Assembly: GCA_040954595.2 (NCBI GenBank) | Contig: CM082577.2 | Span: 8,643,846-8,707,845 of the forward strand | From: Balanoglossus misakiensis | Lineage: Eukaryota > Animalia > Hemichordata | Length of the DNA: 64,000 nucleotides | Direction of reading: 5' to 3' | Shown here: positions 1-13,400 of the stretch, in pieces | Layout of the letters: each line of letters starts with the position of its first letter | How positions within the stretch are numbered: the first letter of the stretch is position 1 | The notes under the pieces: generated by a model | Told to the model about the DNA's origin: nothing | The model's input: only the letters and a program-made list of their open reading frames with translations | The model's database searches: none | Made by a program: the position numbers and the translations under genes

Positions 1-49
1 GCATATCAGAAGATTTGTCCACTGAGGCAAGAAAATTACCTGCTGACAT

Positions 50-1425
50 TTAATCTATAGCTGACTGCGACTTCCACATGTGAATCAAGTGACCGTTCAG
101 ACAATACAAAGAAATGAACACAGAAGACTCTGTTATCACCTTTGTACAGTCATCGACACCTGCATCACAGTCTGAACATTTGATTAGCTTGCACAACTCG
201 TCTAGACAGTTTTCGAATACCGTGAATTTCTGTTCGCTTACAGAGCCGGTGTCGCTCTCTTCACTTGTTTCGCTGGGTGAGTAATGGAGGAAATTGGACT
301 GATCCTCTGCCTCTGTCGACATTGAACTGTCCAATCCTGGTGTGTCGGGTCTGGAATTTATAACTTTCATTGGTTTGAAATGATAGTGTGATTGCATCAT
401 TACTTGACCAGGCGAAAGCTTGTCAGATGCCACGTGAGAATTTGTCGTATATTTTGGCTTTTTGGCAGGTGGATTGTCGCTATCACCCGAATCGCGTTTG
501 ACGGGTGTGGGAACTTGGGCAACAGATTGAATGAGGACTGGATAAATCTGGTCTTCAATGCTGCGAGGTTCGTTTCCGCCATTCGTGCTATCACGGATAA
601 GAAGATCGACAGCACCTGAAGCTGCTTCCTGGTCTTCCAAACCACTGTTTTCAATTTCAGCAAAAGAATGCCAAGGCTGTAATATAGTACAAAAGACAAA
701 AAATTACCATCTTCGCTAGCATCTGTGCCTCACCACCGTAAACTGCCCAGTCTGAACACCCCTAATATCGGATATTTCAAAATAAAAATACTGTCCTCAC
801 GATAGAATAAGTTGTCGAAAAGGAAAACAAGAATAAAGTATCTGAATCATTACGTGCTCACCGTGACAACACCTTTTTGCACAGTTTGATCTGTGACAGT
901 TTCATTCACTGGAGCCGACATGCCTGTCAGAAACAGTGTCGGTACAGCGCTGTCTTTTAGTCTCCTTCGTACAGAGCCCACCTTTCCAACCTGGACAGTA
1001 ATAGGAATAAGAAGACAATGTATAACTTTTTAACCTATATATAGAGTGAATGTACAGTGAAACCTGTCATTGCTATGAGACCCCTCTCTAATCAGTAGAG
1101 TAGAGAATATTACCTGTCTAGTACTAAGACATGTAGGAACACTAGCAGTGTTTTCATTGTGATTAGCAGTGCCCTTGTTTTGAACAAATAGTAAGATTGA
1201 ACTACCCGGTGGACCGTACGTACATGCAGTTTAACAACCTACCTTGAAACATTTATCTTCAAAATGTTTCGTACACAATCGGATATCAGTATATGTATCT
1301 TCTCTCCCGATATTTCGCAACCATAATCTCCTCCTCTCCCTATTTAGGGGAAACCGGTGAAGGCGCATGTTGGGTAGCCCATGCCTTGTGTTGCTTTTGC
1401 AACCAGGCACGTAACACTGACCCAT
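50..1425 (-). pseudogene. THAP-domain transposase-like gene (Kolobok-type), 5' part, with in-frame premature stop; continues off the left edge
   Basis: Spliced by eye with GT-AG sites, both introns phase 0. Exon 1425-1243 encodes MGQCYVPGC...LHRFP...W...LCTKHF (C2CH THAP), exon 990-862 encodes RRRLKDSAVPTLF (THAP AVPTxF box), and exon 676-50 encodes KFTVFENCLDEL..CSDC..C..SVFISLYCLNGH...WKSQ. After the TAA at 52-50 the same frame continues MSAGNFL, resembling the WxSQ...GN motif of these transposases. Confidence 0.75.
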
Positions 1426-1592
1426 GCCAAATATTTGAAAGATTTACAATACTCCGATCGGTAAAAAAAGCACGATGCTTGTGTTTGTATTAAACAGATG
1501 TCCGCCAACCAAACAACAACAGTATTGGTATGGTTATCCAGACTTCTTCATGGGTGCTTCCGCTGCGCTACATAGAGAAAATACCTTGCCAC

Positions 1593-1642
1593 TCCAGAGG
1601 GCGCCTCTGAAAAGTCAAAGGTCATTGACGGCGCCCTCTGGA
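1593..1642. repeat. 13-bp perfect inverted repeat TCCAGAGGGCGCC / GGCGCCCTCTGGA, each arm CTCF-core-like
   Basis: Arms at 1593-1605 and 1630-1642 with a 24-nt spacer, read directly. Confidence 0.8.
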
Positions 1643-2179
1643 AACCAAAATGGCAGCTGTCAGGATTTCGGACAGCCGCTGATTGGCTGATCCGTCATTA
1701 TGAACTTTTATCATACAGTCCCTGTCCATGTCTTTAAAATACACTTAATACAAACATACAAAGTTTTGTCATGTTGGTAGCCTGGTCTCCATACCCAGTG
1801 TGCTTAAACATGGAGGTTCTTTGCCTCTCCATGGTTTTAAATATAGACTCACACACAGTGACCATGCTATCATGTTGGTGACAGACTGAAATATTTTTTT
1901 TCTATCTCTCGCAGGACCTGACTGATGGAAACTTTGAGGCAAACCTTGCATCGCTGAATCTGAAAGAAGGAATCGATTATTATCATTTCAACTGACAAAT
2001 GTCAAAAACCAGAGTCATTCTTTCACTGCCAGTTTTATTTAATGATCCAGTGTTTTTATTCACGTAGCTATGCAACTTGGATTTAGCAATAAAATACTAG
2101 ATGTAACACTGATAGGCCTTCTGCCAGCATTTAGCCAAGTTCTCAGTGCTTGCAGAAAGTACACCAGTGACAGTGCTTG

Positions 2180-2193
2180 CCACTAGAGGGCGT
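2180..2193 (+). promoter_or_regulatory. CTCF-like motif CCACTAGAGGGCGT
   Basis: Close match to the CTCF core consensus CCASYAGRKGGCRS. Motif only; binding not shown. Confidence 0.45.
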
Positions 2194-4581
2194 ACAATAC
2201 CTGCTGATGCGTTCGAGCCTCTCTCGTATATCAACACAAGGAATTTAAATGTTGGGGGCAAGAGATAAAAATCAAGCAACTTAATGTGCAAATAATCCAT
2301 TTTATTATTTGCCAGTTATTTTCAAATGAAAATGATGCTACCATCCCAAAACTGAAAATACATGAACTTGTTTACAGTCAAAATCATGATAAAACCAGAG
2401 AACTGATTTCAACTTCTGCAAACAGGTCAATTTTCTTTGTCAAATTATTGGACTTACAGAATAGATTCTTAATGCCCCCACAAAATATAATTCCATCCCT
2501 TGCAATGGGCTGGAATTCCAATGCCCTCCAAAGAGAGTAAAATTTAAATGCCGCACTTACAAAGTTACGCAAATCAAACTGTCTCATTCTAATATCATTA
2601 GTCCAAGAAATTTACGAAATATAATGACATCATTGCAATAAATAAATAAAGCAATTACATAGGTAGCTATTAATCTTACTGTATTTGTGTTTTTAAAAAA
2701 TAAACATATTAAAATATACAGATTAAGGTTTTGGTACAAAAAAGCGTCCCCAAAAATACACAAAGTTAACATATTAGTGATGCGAAAACCCACCTGCATG
2801 TGTCCAAGTTCATTACGATTGAATCATTTGAAAACTGAGAGATGAGGGGTTTTGATATTTACAAGTTATCAAGAGCTAGAAGTCTATATGGAATCTAGTC
2901 AATGACTGTAACCAATTGTGTGTGAATCTTTTAGTATCACGTTCATCCTTTAACCACCATGGTTCAGTCCAAACCCATTGTTTACTAGGGCAAAGTTGGA
3001 CCTCTAAAGAGGAAACTGGGGGTGAAAGGGTTCAATTTAACATTGAAAGTGCTACAGCTTTATAAAAACTTGCCATGCAGACACACTCTCACCTAAAAAA
3101 TGAGAAAAAAAAAATAACACTGCAAAATTAGAAATTTAAAACTTGAATCGTCTATAGTTACTCCAAAGATACATTCTGCCCTTCCTTTCAGATTAAAAAT
3201 CATTACATACTGGTCATCATTATTAAAGTAAATTGCGAACAAAAGGGTTTATATGTTCAAAGTGAATCAGCAATTGTAAATATGTGATATTTCATTTCTC
3301 TCGGACTGTGAGTTAACATATTTGCATTTTACATAAAATGAAAAAAAAAAAAGGTTAGAAAATTAATGCCATCAAGCATGCTTCTACTGCCCTTGCATTG
3401 TTGAAACAACAATGAGATTATATTTGCATAATTTGTATTACAGCGACCACCAGAATTAACTAGCCTCCAATTTCCCGTACTGGTTCCTATCTCCATAAGA
3501 AAACAGCAGGGCCCTTTTGATCATTACTTGGGTTCACAGGATTATTCACAAAATACAGCCCTGTATGGACGATGGTGATATTGGACGAGTTAACTATTCA
3601 ACATAGTAATGGGAATTGGCAGGGCTTTGCCAACTTTGGTATTAGTTTATTCTGGCAGTCGTGTGAGAAATTATATATTCGAGTTAAATGTACACATTAG
3701 AAAAAATATTTATTATACACAAAATGTTTACGTGACTGGGGAAATTTCTGTATATAGCTACATTTTATGCAAAAGTTGAATGTTTAAATACACGTGATGG
3801 TTGATCAACTTCAATGGTTGAGACATTCAATAAATACTAAAATCTGACGCTGCCACGTTTGATGCGTCAGTTATCTGAATACAATCAAAAGCGAACAAGT
3901 AGCCCGAATAGTGATGAGAATGGTAACGCTGTATTAAATAAGAAAAGGCACTAAACTTGGAAATCATAACAAACAAAACACAACCAAATCTGGTATAGGG
4001 GCTGATGTGCTTGATCTCATGAGTACTACTACAGCCAGATGGAACTGGTTCAGCACCTGAAATCAGACACCTACTCGTGCCAAAAAGATTGATCGAGTTG
4101 GAGCCCCTTGTTTGATATTGGTTGTAGTCTTGTTTTCACATACATGAACATGTGCAGATATCAAAAAAAAAAAAAAAAGCAAAATGACAACCAGAAAGTG
4201 TTCAACAAAACTATATGTACATGTACTACCATATGCCGTTTGAATAACTATATGTAAAAGTACACCTGTTAATCACCAAATTACTACCGGTATATTTTAC
4301 TAAGATTGGACTTTTTTTATCTGAAAACTAGAACTAACACTTCTGCGTCACTTTCCATCCATAACAGGTCAGGGAAATGCTACACAGTGTACGAAATATC
4401 AGCCAGTTTGTGTTGACACAAGAAAAAAATTGCACAAGTGAATAGTGATTTTGTTACAATGATGTTGTGAAATAGAATAAAAAGGATGATTTTGCAAATA
4501 TGGAAATACGATAAAAATAATAGCATTGTGACTGTTGGTGGATTTTGAAAATTAAAAACAGACATGGAGTTTAATGCACGG

Positions 4582-7500
4582 CTACACAGGCTTGGCAGTT
4601 GATGAAGACGTTTCGGGTTGTGGTGGGGCGGTTTTTCTCGGCATGCCGTAGAGGAAGATAGCAACCATCACCAGCAACGACCCAAAACAGAAGAGGACAG
4701 TGATTTCTTTCCCAAACAAATAGACGGAGCCGATTGTGGAGAGAATAATCGAGATGGCCGTGGAGAATCCCTTGATGATGTTGTCGGTGTATTTGACCAC
4801 CACGGACGTGTACAGCCCTCCTATGCTGCCAGCAGCTGAAATTAATAGAGAGATAAAAAAAATCAGCTTGAATTGTTGTTCATAAGGAAGGAGACGATGC
4901 ATAGTAGTGCAACAAGGGCTGACTCGCATGTCAGACCACTTGTGCCTGGTTCATTGTGGACACTAGAGGGCAGTCCCAATAAATAAAATGGTAAAAGTAG
5001 CATCTGTGTTCCACCCGGGGACTCCTTCATGTACACATGTTCGAAGTAAGCTTGATAAATGTGTGAGTGCATGTCAACCAAGCTAACCAGGAAAAAGTTC
5101 CACGTCAAATTAATGATTTCTAGATTAATGGCACTTTACATGATGACACAGACCTTAAAGGGGAATGTGTCACGCAGAGCTAACCTTTTGTTTCCCTTAT
5201 GTCTCTCAATAAATAGTTTCATGCGCGGACAAATGGTTGTTTTTTAATTTCTACAGAAACAGATCAATTCACCATTTTTGTCAAACCTGAAATAACATGT
5301 GTTCGCCAGTAAACTGTTCTAACAGAAAAACATCCGGAAAAATATAAACACTGGTAACAAAGAGACAGAAATGCAAAGACGATGAAAATGAAATTTTCTG
5401 TTGTCAACGGTTAAGGTCAAAATTATGCACATACGTTCTGTTCTCTGCATTTTAACCTATCAGTTTGTAAAAATCCGTTCTTTGACCCTGTGATAATCTC
5501 TCATAATGTGATTAGTAGAATTCAGTCTTTGAACAGACCTCGAATAGCAAGCTGTCTCAATGGATTACACAAATCTATCATGTTTTATGCTGCATAGGTC
5601 TGCAACAGGCAGGAATCCTTACCATTTCACAGTTTTAGATGACTACAGTAGAATACGTGGTCATAAAATAAACATGATACGCTGTTATTTTTTACGGCAA
5701 CATAACTCATCCCAGCATCTCCCAATGTCTGGCACATCTCAAGGAAATCTGAGACATAAACGCCACTCAACAGTTCAACACATCAGTTACTTTTTAGAGA
5801 CATTTGATGAGAGGTTAACGACATCTGAAGTTTTATTTCGGACCCTCTCATCACCCAGACGGTGGCCGCAAACCTTTGTCACCGTTTTTAGAATTTTTTT
5901 CTGTCTACTCCTGAGACCTTGATGCGATATTCATCTGGTCCATCCGTGCATGGTTGATAATTATCAGAGTAAAATTCAACTGTCAGGGCGTATATAATGT
6001 ACTACTAGTATACACCTGTTTTGTTGGCAGAGTGAGTGCCAGACCTGAAAGGGCATGTTTTCAAAGGAGAGTTGAACAAGAGACTGTTCTTCCACGGAAA
6101 AGGAACCACCCATGCTTATAATAGCTACTGCAGCCACCGAGGTCAGTCTGACCTTGGGTGACTGCCCAGTTAAAATTTGATATATATTAGGATCTCCGAG
6201 CGGTGATAACCTAAATGTCAAATGACCATAGAGGCCAGGGCACAAAATAGCAACTTGTTTAGGGCATTCCTTCATTCAGTGTTTAATAATGATGCAACCT
6301 TTGAAAATGGTACAGACGGAAATATACTTGACACTGTGACAACTTACCTACGATGGCCCATACGTACGGGGTGTAACCATAGAAGAAGCCATTTTCCACA
6401 ACTTTAGTGAAATCCTTGGTGTACACGCCTATGAGCCCACTAACGATACCAAAAAGGTACATCTGAACATTCCGTATCCATAGTGTGGTGTCTGAGCCTT
6501 TGAGTACCTTCTCAAAATACACACCTGTCAATGAAGACAAGAGATTCACTTTTATGTTTAGACAAACTCTTCTCAAATTTGAAATTCAAAATGGCTTTCA
6601 ATCTCTGTGTTCACTCTATGGAGAAAAATCAAAGAACATGTACACTGATTTTTTATGAAAACAAGACAGAGAACAGACACCCTTTTTTCTTCTGTTTTCA
6701 AAACAGAATGGTTATTAACTTTAATAAAGTAAATAATTGGAAGGTTTTGAGGGCTATCATTTTTTTCTAAAAATCTGTCCCTTAATTCAGGATAGACAGG
6801 TTTCAATTTTGGACAGAGTTCCTGTCAGGACAGCTTCAATATTACATGATCTTTGACATTTGACGCCCAACCAAGAGAAAGCCGTCAGACACACACCTGC
6901 AAATCCTGAACACAGACAAGCTGCCAGTATTGCGGATAGCCCGATGGCAAAGTTCATATGTGGGTCCGACTTCTGCGAGAATGCTCCTGGTTGAAGTTGA
7001 ACGAGGGCCACACCAGAAAACAAGACAGTGATGGCAAACCACTGCAACCAGCTGATGTGTTTTCTCAGTAAAGCTACCGAAAACAGCGCCGTGGTTACTA
7101 TTTTTAGTTGGTACGTGACCTGAAAGAAAGAGACACTGTGAACATGTGGCACTCTTTTGCTTCTAACAAAATATTCAGTTTGATGGATTTCAAGGTTGGA
7201 TTATTAAATAGTCTGCATTGAAAATTGGTGGTGAAAGGGTTAATATTTATAATCTAAAAATATTTAACACAATTTTTATGTTATTGTACGAAAATTCGTT
7301 TTCCATCTCAATTTAATATTTTTGAAATATTTCAGTTGCATATACAACAACACATTTCTGATTTAATTCTGTAATGCTATTTTTAGACAGTTAAATAAAA
7401 ACATATGTTACAACCATTCCTTCTCACTTTATAATTGGTCAAACCTTTGGGTTGGATACTGCATGGTGGGCTGAGGTATTTCATTTATGAAAACAATTTG

Positions 7501-9443
7501 GATTTCGTTTTTGTTTTATTTTGCTCAAACTTGAAAATAACTGCACCTGCTATTGAAAGTTACAGGGAAAACTTTGATATGCATTTTAGTACAACATGTA
7601 TTAGTGTCCTTTTATACCTTTCCAAATTGTACACTACCCGCTTTTTGTTTGACTGAGTGTTTTCACAGGACGACATATTCTGACCATGTCCCATCCTGTC
7701 TGGCATGGATGACCATGAAACAGGAGATGATACAGTTTTTTTCCCGACAGGGAGAATTTGAATGCAAAAGGGAGTCAGTGAATAGTGGTTTGATGAGGTC
7801 TATATAAGGTGCAGCGACTGGGTATGGCTGTGTCACATGCAAAGCTGAGTCTCTGCTCTCAACACATGACAATAGTTTGACCCATCAGGGAACTCTCGGC
7901 AATGGTCGAGGGGTCATCAACATTATCTAAAGAAGAGAATAGCAAGTTAATAAATCAAGGTCAAAGTGACCTTATTTTCTCCTACACACCAATAGATTGA
8001 CCCATCAAAGGTACTAGTATCTCACCATGATGAATGGGTGGGGCAGTAACAACCACTACATCAATAATAGTATATCCAAAGAAAAGAAGGGGTTAATTAT
8101 AAAAATGAGGTCAGATTGACCACTGAAACCACTGACCTGGTAAGTTCCCGCGTCCAGATTGGACAGGGCGACAAACGCTAGATTATTCTGTATCATATAA
8201 ATGATCGAAGGGATGCACATCTTGAAAGAGTCCACCGGATCACAAAACACATTTTTGTAGACGTCGTCGACCATGGCCTTGACGCTCCTGTGCTCTCGCA
8301 CCAGCATCAGGAAACTGCATATAAGTTTGGAGACTTCGATCATGACCACGGTGGTGGTGGACACGTACATGGGCCCTTCTGCAGTCCTTGTGTATCGCAG
8401 CAGCAGGATGTAACCTGCCACATTCAGTGTCATCACACATAGTACATAGAGCTTGAAGCCCACACTGGCTGAATCTGTAAGAAGACAAACATTTGATTTT
8501 TATTAAAGAAAGAAATCATACTGCAGTCTTGATTTAAAATTGCAAAATCTTTTAGTGAAATCTTAGGTCTTTTTTCTCCCTCGTGCAAAACTTGGAACCT
8601 TTCTACCCATCTTAATAGCCTCCTACATTGACACATTACACTCTCTGCCAATGCTCTCTGGTATATCCAAATACCTGTTTACATGAAAGCAAATCATAAG
8701 TCTCTTCTCCATTATAATTATTATCACTGTCATTTATTATTGTTGTTGTTGTCATGGTTTTTATGTGCCACACTGATTCCTGATTCTATGAAAGGAAAAA
8801 TCTAAATCACAGCTCTGCACAAAATATGCCTTTAGTTTTTTTTCTCCCAGATCTCGAAGGAGAGAGGGTTGTTCATTGTGAATCTATTTATATCATTCGC
8901 AGTACCATCCATTGTTATCTTAGATGGAAAACCACAATACCATAAATGGCAGACTCTTGGTTTGCATGTGAAAAGGTGCCATTCTTGAGTCCCGAAAGTG
9001 GTATGAGGGACACAGGTCATGTCCCCAATTGGTATTTGTGGTTTGAATTGAATGAGCAATTGGTACCAATTTCCTTTTGTGAACAAAGGTCAAACAAACA
9101 CATAGCCATGCATGTCAGGTAGTTTCATACATCATCACACAAAATCATGCGCTGAATGCAAAATGGGCACAATAAATAATCTGGTCCAATTTACATAATG
9201 AAGAGTAGTCCTTGTCAACTTGGAAATACCACTATCACAAAATCCCTTGAAGTTGAAAAGTTCACTTGCTTTAAACTTTACATACCTTTGAAAATTCGCC
9301 TTGTTCGTAATTTTCGCTTAACAACATTCAACTGAAACATTTTACCATACCTTGCACCAAACATAATGGTACGTACATGTTATGGTTGGTTTAAGCCCAG
9401 TTGGTTCTGGACATGATTCCTCCTCATCAGGTCTCGTTGCCAT
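4582..9443 (-). CDS. SLC35A1: CMP-sialic acid transporter-like nucleotide-sugar transporter (SLC35A family), 352 aa
   Basis: Exons 9443-9377, 8474-8137, 7119-6897, 6524-6348, 4835-4582; all GT-AG, phases consistent, total 1059 nt. SLC35A1-type motifs: FKLY..VMTL, LRYTRT, QNNLAFVALSNLDA..YQVTYQLKI, CSGFAGVYFEKVLK, LWIRNVQMYL, GFFYGYT.YVW, GGLYTSVVVKYTDNI. Confidence 0.9.
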
Positions 9444-9619
9444 AGTTTTCTTTCAAACGTGTTTTGATCTTTTTTTGCTCTTCTGGAGTTCGCAGTTTGC
9501 CTCTAGAATTATCACGCGTCAAACGAAATTCCCGTGCCTTCACAGAAACGTAATGTTTTGTGTTGGTTTGGTCATGATGATGGAGGTTTGGTTTGGTGAC
9601 CTGATCGTCATATGTGTAC

Positions 9620-10486
9620 ACTGAAACCCTTGAGCGTATATCGAAACGTGAAACGTGGCAAACTAGTCGACGCGACCTTGTCGACTACGAGACCTGAGAG
9701 CAGGAGTGGACGGGCTATTTTACACGCGATGGCGCGCCACTGAGCAACGTTTACGACAGATACAAGACTGTGGAAAAGCGGGTTAACCTCTGTGCGATCT
9801 GCTTATCTGACACGCACCCGCAACCAATAGGCCACCCCACAACTGACGGACAGTTTGGTATCGTTTGTGGAACAGCTGTAATTTGTTAACCACGCATGGA
9901 ATAATCCCAACCGCGGAATATTTAAAAAGAAAAACGATCCATTGAAATATGCCGCTGCGTGCTTAACATTAACTTTGCTGTCAGCCAGCAACTTTCCTTA
10001 TGGAACCTTGTCGGGCGGCTCAAAGCGTACCCTGGACAAGTAAATTTTTCATGACAACGTACCCCGGTACCCCCTACCCGGCTTCGTGTACTGTTACCGA
10101 GAAAGTGAGTTTCCCGGAACCTGACCCGAGACAGACTGGAGTTCCTCTGCGCTTGACCAGCATAAACAGAGGTCTCTGTTTCCGACACACTGTTTAAACA
10201 CATGTTCCGAAAAGATTAAGTTACACAGCAAAAAATCAAACCACTGTTAGAAAGCAGCGGGTAGGATATTTTGACAGTTGTACATGCATGAAGTTGCCAC
10301 TCACCGTTCGCCATGATCGATGATTAACTCGGGTGAGGAAAGAAACGGGGAACAGACAGACTTCAATAAAAAAAACATGGCGACTTCCGTGTAAAGGTCG
10401 GATACGGTCACTAGTTGTCGCCAGGGTCTGTTATATGCTCGTCTTCGGGGGAAAATAGTTTTTAACCAAAGAGGAGGGACAAGAAT
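9620..10486. promoter_or_regulatory. Putative bidirectional promoter between SLC35A1-like and ZZEF1
   Basis: The start codons are about 1 kb apart and divergent. The interval is CpG-rich compared with the introns, with a YY1-like AAACATGGCG (~10373) next to an ETS-like ACTTCCG, and a CCAAT at ~9824. Confidence 0.6.
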
Positions 10487-13400
10487 ATGGGGAATGCCAG
10501 TAGCAATAGTGACAGCGACGAGGAATCCATGGACATCGACGAGGTAGGGCCTTTTACAGTGTGCGACGCATAGAGCTCCGCGGTCGGTCCCAGAATGCAC
10601 TGAGCGTTATCTAAAGTTGTGAAACTGTTCCTCTTCGTTTCGTTTTACTTTATTTTCACAAAGACGGCTGCGTTGCATGAAACTTGTGTCGGTGAACCAT
10701 CCCAGTAACGCATAAAACAGAAAAGAATGCACTTGAGTCGACAATGATTTTTTGCCAGTCATAATGCGGAAGTTACTTACACCACGGAGGTGTGACTGTG
10801 GTTACAGTGTACACACCTTCACTGAGAACCTACAAGAAGAAGGAACTGTTGTCTTTAATAATTCTATTTTCAGTTTAGTTAAGTATGCCTAAGAACATGA
10901 CAGTATCTGTGCATCTGCATGGCACATGTAAAACCTTGGGAGAGTAATCATTTATCAGCATTAATTAAAGATGCCACATTTTGAGAGTACTAAAAGTAAA
11001 AGTGAAACTTGAAAATATTTTGAATAAATGCAGGTTCATGACCCCCCCCCCCACTTATGACAGATGTAGATGTACTGTCTACAAAAAAATATCAACTTAA
11101 TATCGTTGTTTATGATTTATCATCATTGTTGTCATTTACTATTATCAATGATCACTATTATTATTTTGTTACTATGTATCAGGTTTGACATGAGAGAAAG
11201 TGATGTATGCTGTAAAGTATGGTCACCTATGCAAATTTAACCACTGTTACCATGGAAAATTGAAATACAGTATAGCCACCAACAGATTTTAAGTCACACA
11301 CACGAAAGAAATGCACCACTACATGATCATTTAAAGACTTAGATATGCCCTTTTGACTATAGGCATATGTAAATTAGAGGTGACCCTATACCTATAAATA
11401 GACTACTGGTATGGTAATAAAACACTTAGTCAACTATTGGCAATTGGTCCAGTCATTCCTCTCAGACACTCGGACAGTTTTATTGGTAAATGTGCAGATA
11501 GAAATATGACAGTACTATGCAGTGTGTTGAGATCATTTGTGCATATTCAGCAACTTGGCTGTCTCTCTCTAAATGTATTTGTGTATTTTGAAAATCTGAT
11601 AAATCTTTTTATTGTGCAATTATATAACACTATAAATTACAGTTTCAGTTTCTACTTGCATGTTTATCAACAAAATGTAGTTTCAGCTGCAAAAGTATGA
11701 CTTTAGCAATATGCAAAGTATGTGGGTGACCTTTTGGTTCACGAGAACAGCAATCGCCAGACACATTGCATAATTACTGTTTTTTTTTTTCCAGCTTCCT
11801 GAAGATGAAGAAGTCAGTGGGTCAAGTTCTGACGATGACTACAAAGGATTTGATCTGGCAATGTTGTTTGACCATGTGTCCCTCAGAGATGCAGCATCAA
11901 AAATCAAGTAAAAGAATTATCATCCCTGTTTTGAGTTTAATTAATAATTGCCTTTGTAGACTATCAAAAAATGAACAGCAACATTTGTGATAAAACTAAA
12001 TCATGCAACTTCACATTTTCAGTGAAATGCGTCACATCTTAGCTAAAATTTGCATAGATCTCGAAATACGTGAACAAAATCAGGTGCCGTGAAATGTTAA
12101 CACTCTGCAATGTTTTCTTTGTAGGGATGATGTGCCTGAAAATGTAGTCCAACAACACCACAGCCACTTGGTGCGCTGGTTGGAAGACAGACAAACCAGG
12201 AATGAGGTGAAACAAATAAATAAGAATTCATTCAAATTCATGTGTAATATTCAAGGTGAATTTTTCTCTGTAGCTCATTGTCAGTCTGAGAAGATTGCTG
12301 ATCCTTGAGATTTTTACAATGCACCAAAAAATAGTAAAGACAAAAGATAGTTAAGGTACCTAGCATATCTCCCACAGATGAATATCACACAACTGGTTTT
12401 CCTAAAAGTATCCCTTCACTTTTTTTTAATCACAGGAAACCATCTCATTATCCCAGTTTTGTGATTTCTTAATGAATCGGTCTGTTGGAAGAGAAGAATG
12501 CGTAGAGGTAAGTCCTGAATCATGTAACTTTTAAATTAACAACAAAGAAAAAAATTCTTTATCTTGATTGTTATTTGTTTTCTCCCGAGGTTTCGAGAAA
12601 TGGTGGCAGTTTTTGTGTAGATGGGGAGACAAATCATGATTTACGTTCACTTTCTTCACTTGACCCCATTCTGATATTATTCTTGCAGGCATTCAATCAG
12701 TTTGACACAGATGGGGACGGCACAGCCGATGTTCAAACCATGCTGGATGCATTGAAATCCTCAAACGGAGCCAATCTGCAAGGCGAACTCAACTACGTCA
12801 TCAGAACACTGCAGGCCTGCTCAATAACACCCGGTAACTTGAATTTGTGTTATGACTGCTTACAGATAATTGTACACAAACATTGTGAGATGTATTTTCA
12901 TTTTATGAGTATGTGGACGTTTTCTCAGAATTTTTATTTAGGAAATAAGGGAAGCATAGACCAATAGGATCAGGTGTGGTTATATATGTTCTATAATGTC
13001 ACAAAAGAAAGCCTAAAATGGTGTAGTGTAGGTTGATTGTTAAAATGACAGTCTCAATTGTACTGTTTGAATTTTCAGGCCTTGTTGATGTGTATTCGAC
13101 AAAGAACCACATTGCTGGGCAGCATGGGAAGAAACTACTGAAGGTGAGATTTTTGTGTAAATTTTCATCAAATTTTGCGATTATAATTTTTTTTGATTAC
13201 GGCAAATCCTGACCTGTTCAAATTGATTGAAAGAATTGAGAAATATAAGAAATAAGGCAGCAAGGTGATGTCTTAACCTCATCACCCCTATTTCACTGTG
13301 CATAGGTCCAAATCACACCATTGAAAAGAGTAGGGTTGTTCCACTCTGCTGAGGTTAAAAGGTTGAAATGGATTGTCTGGTTCTTGTTCGATTGCAGTAT

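Larger units (their letters stand above)
1..1737 (-). mobile_element. Candidate Kolobok DNA transposon, one end only
   Basis: On the minus strand TTAA (1737-1734) is followed by AGACATGGACAGGGAC, fitting the Kolobok TTAA target / 5'-RR terminus, about 300 bp upstream of the THAP start codon. The other end is outside the window, so the TIR is unconfirmed. Confidence 0.5.

Noticed and set aside
9427-9621. 64-aa ORF as the first exon of the transporter
   Set aside because: GTG start, and it stops before the donor; the ATG at 9443 in another frame splices in phase to exon 2.
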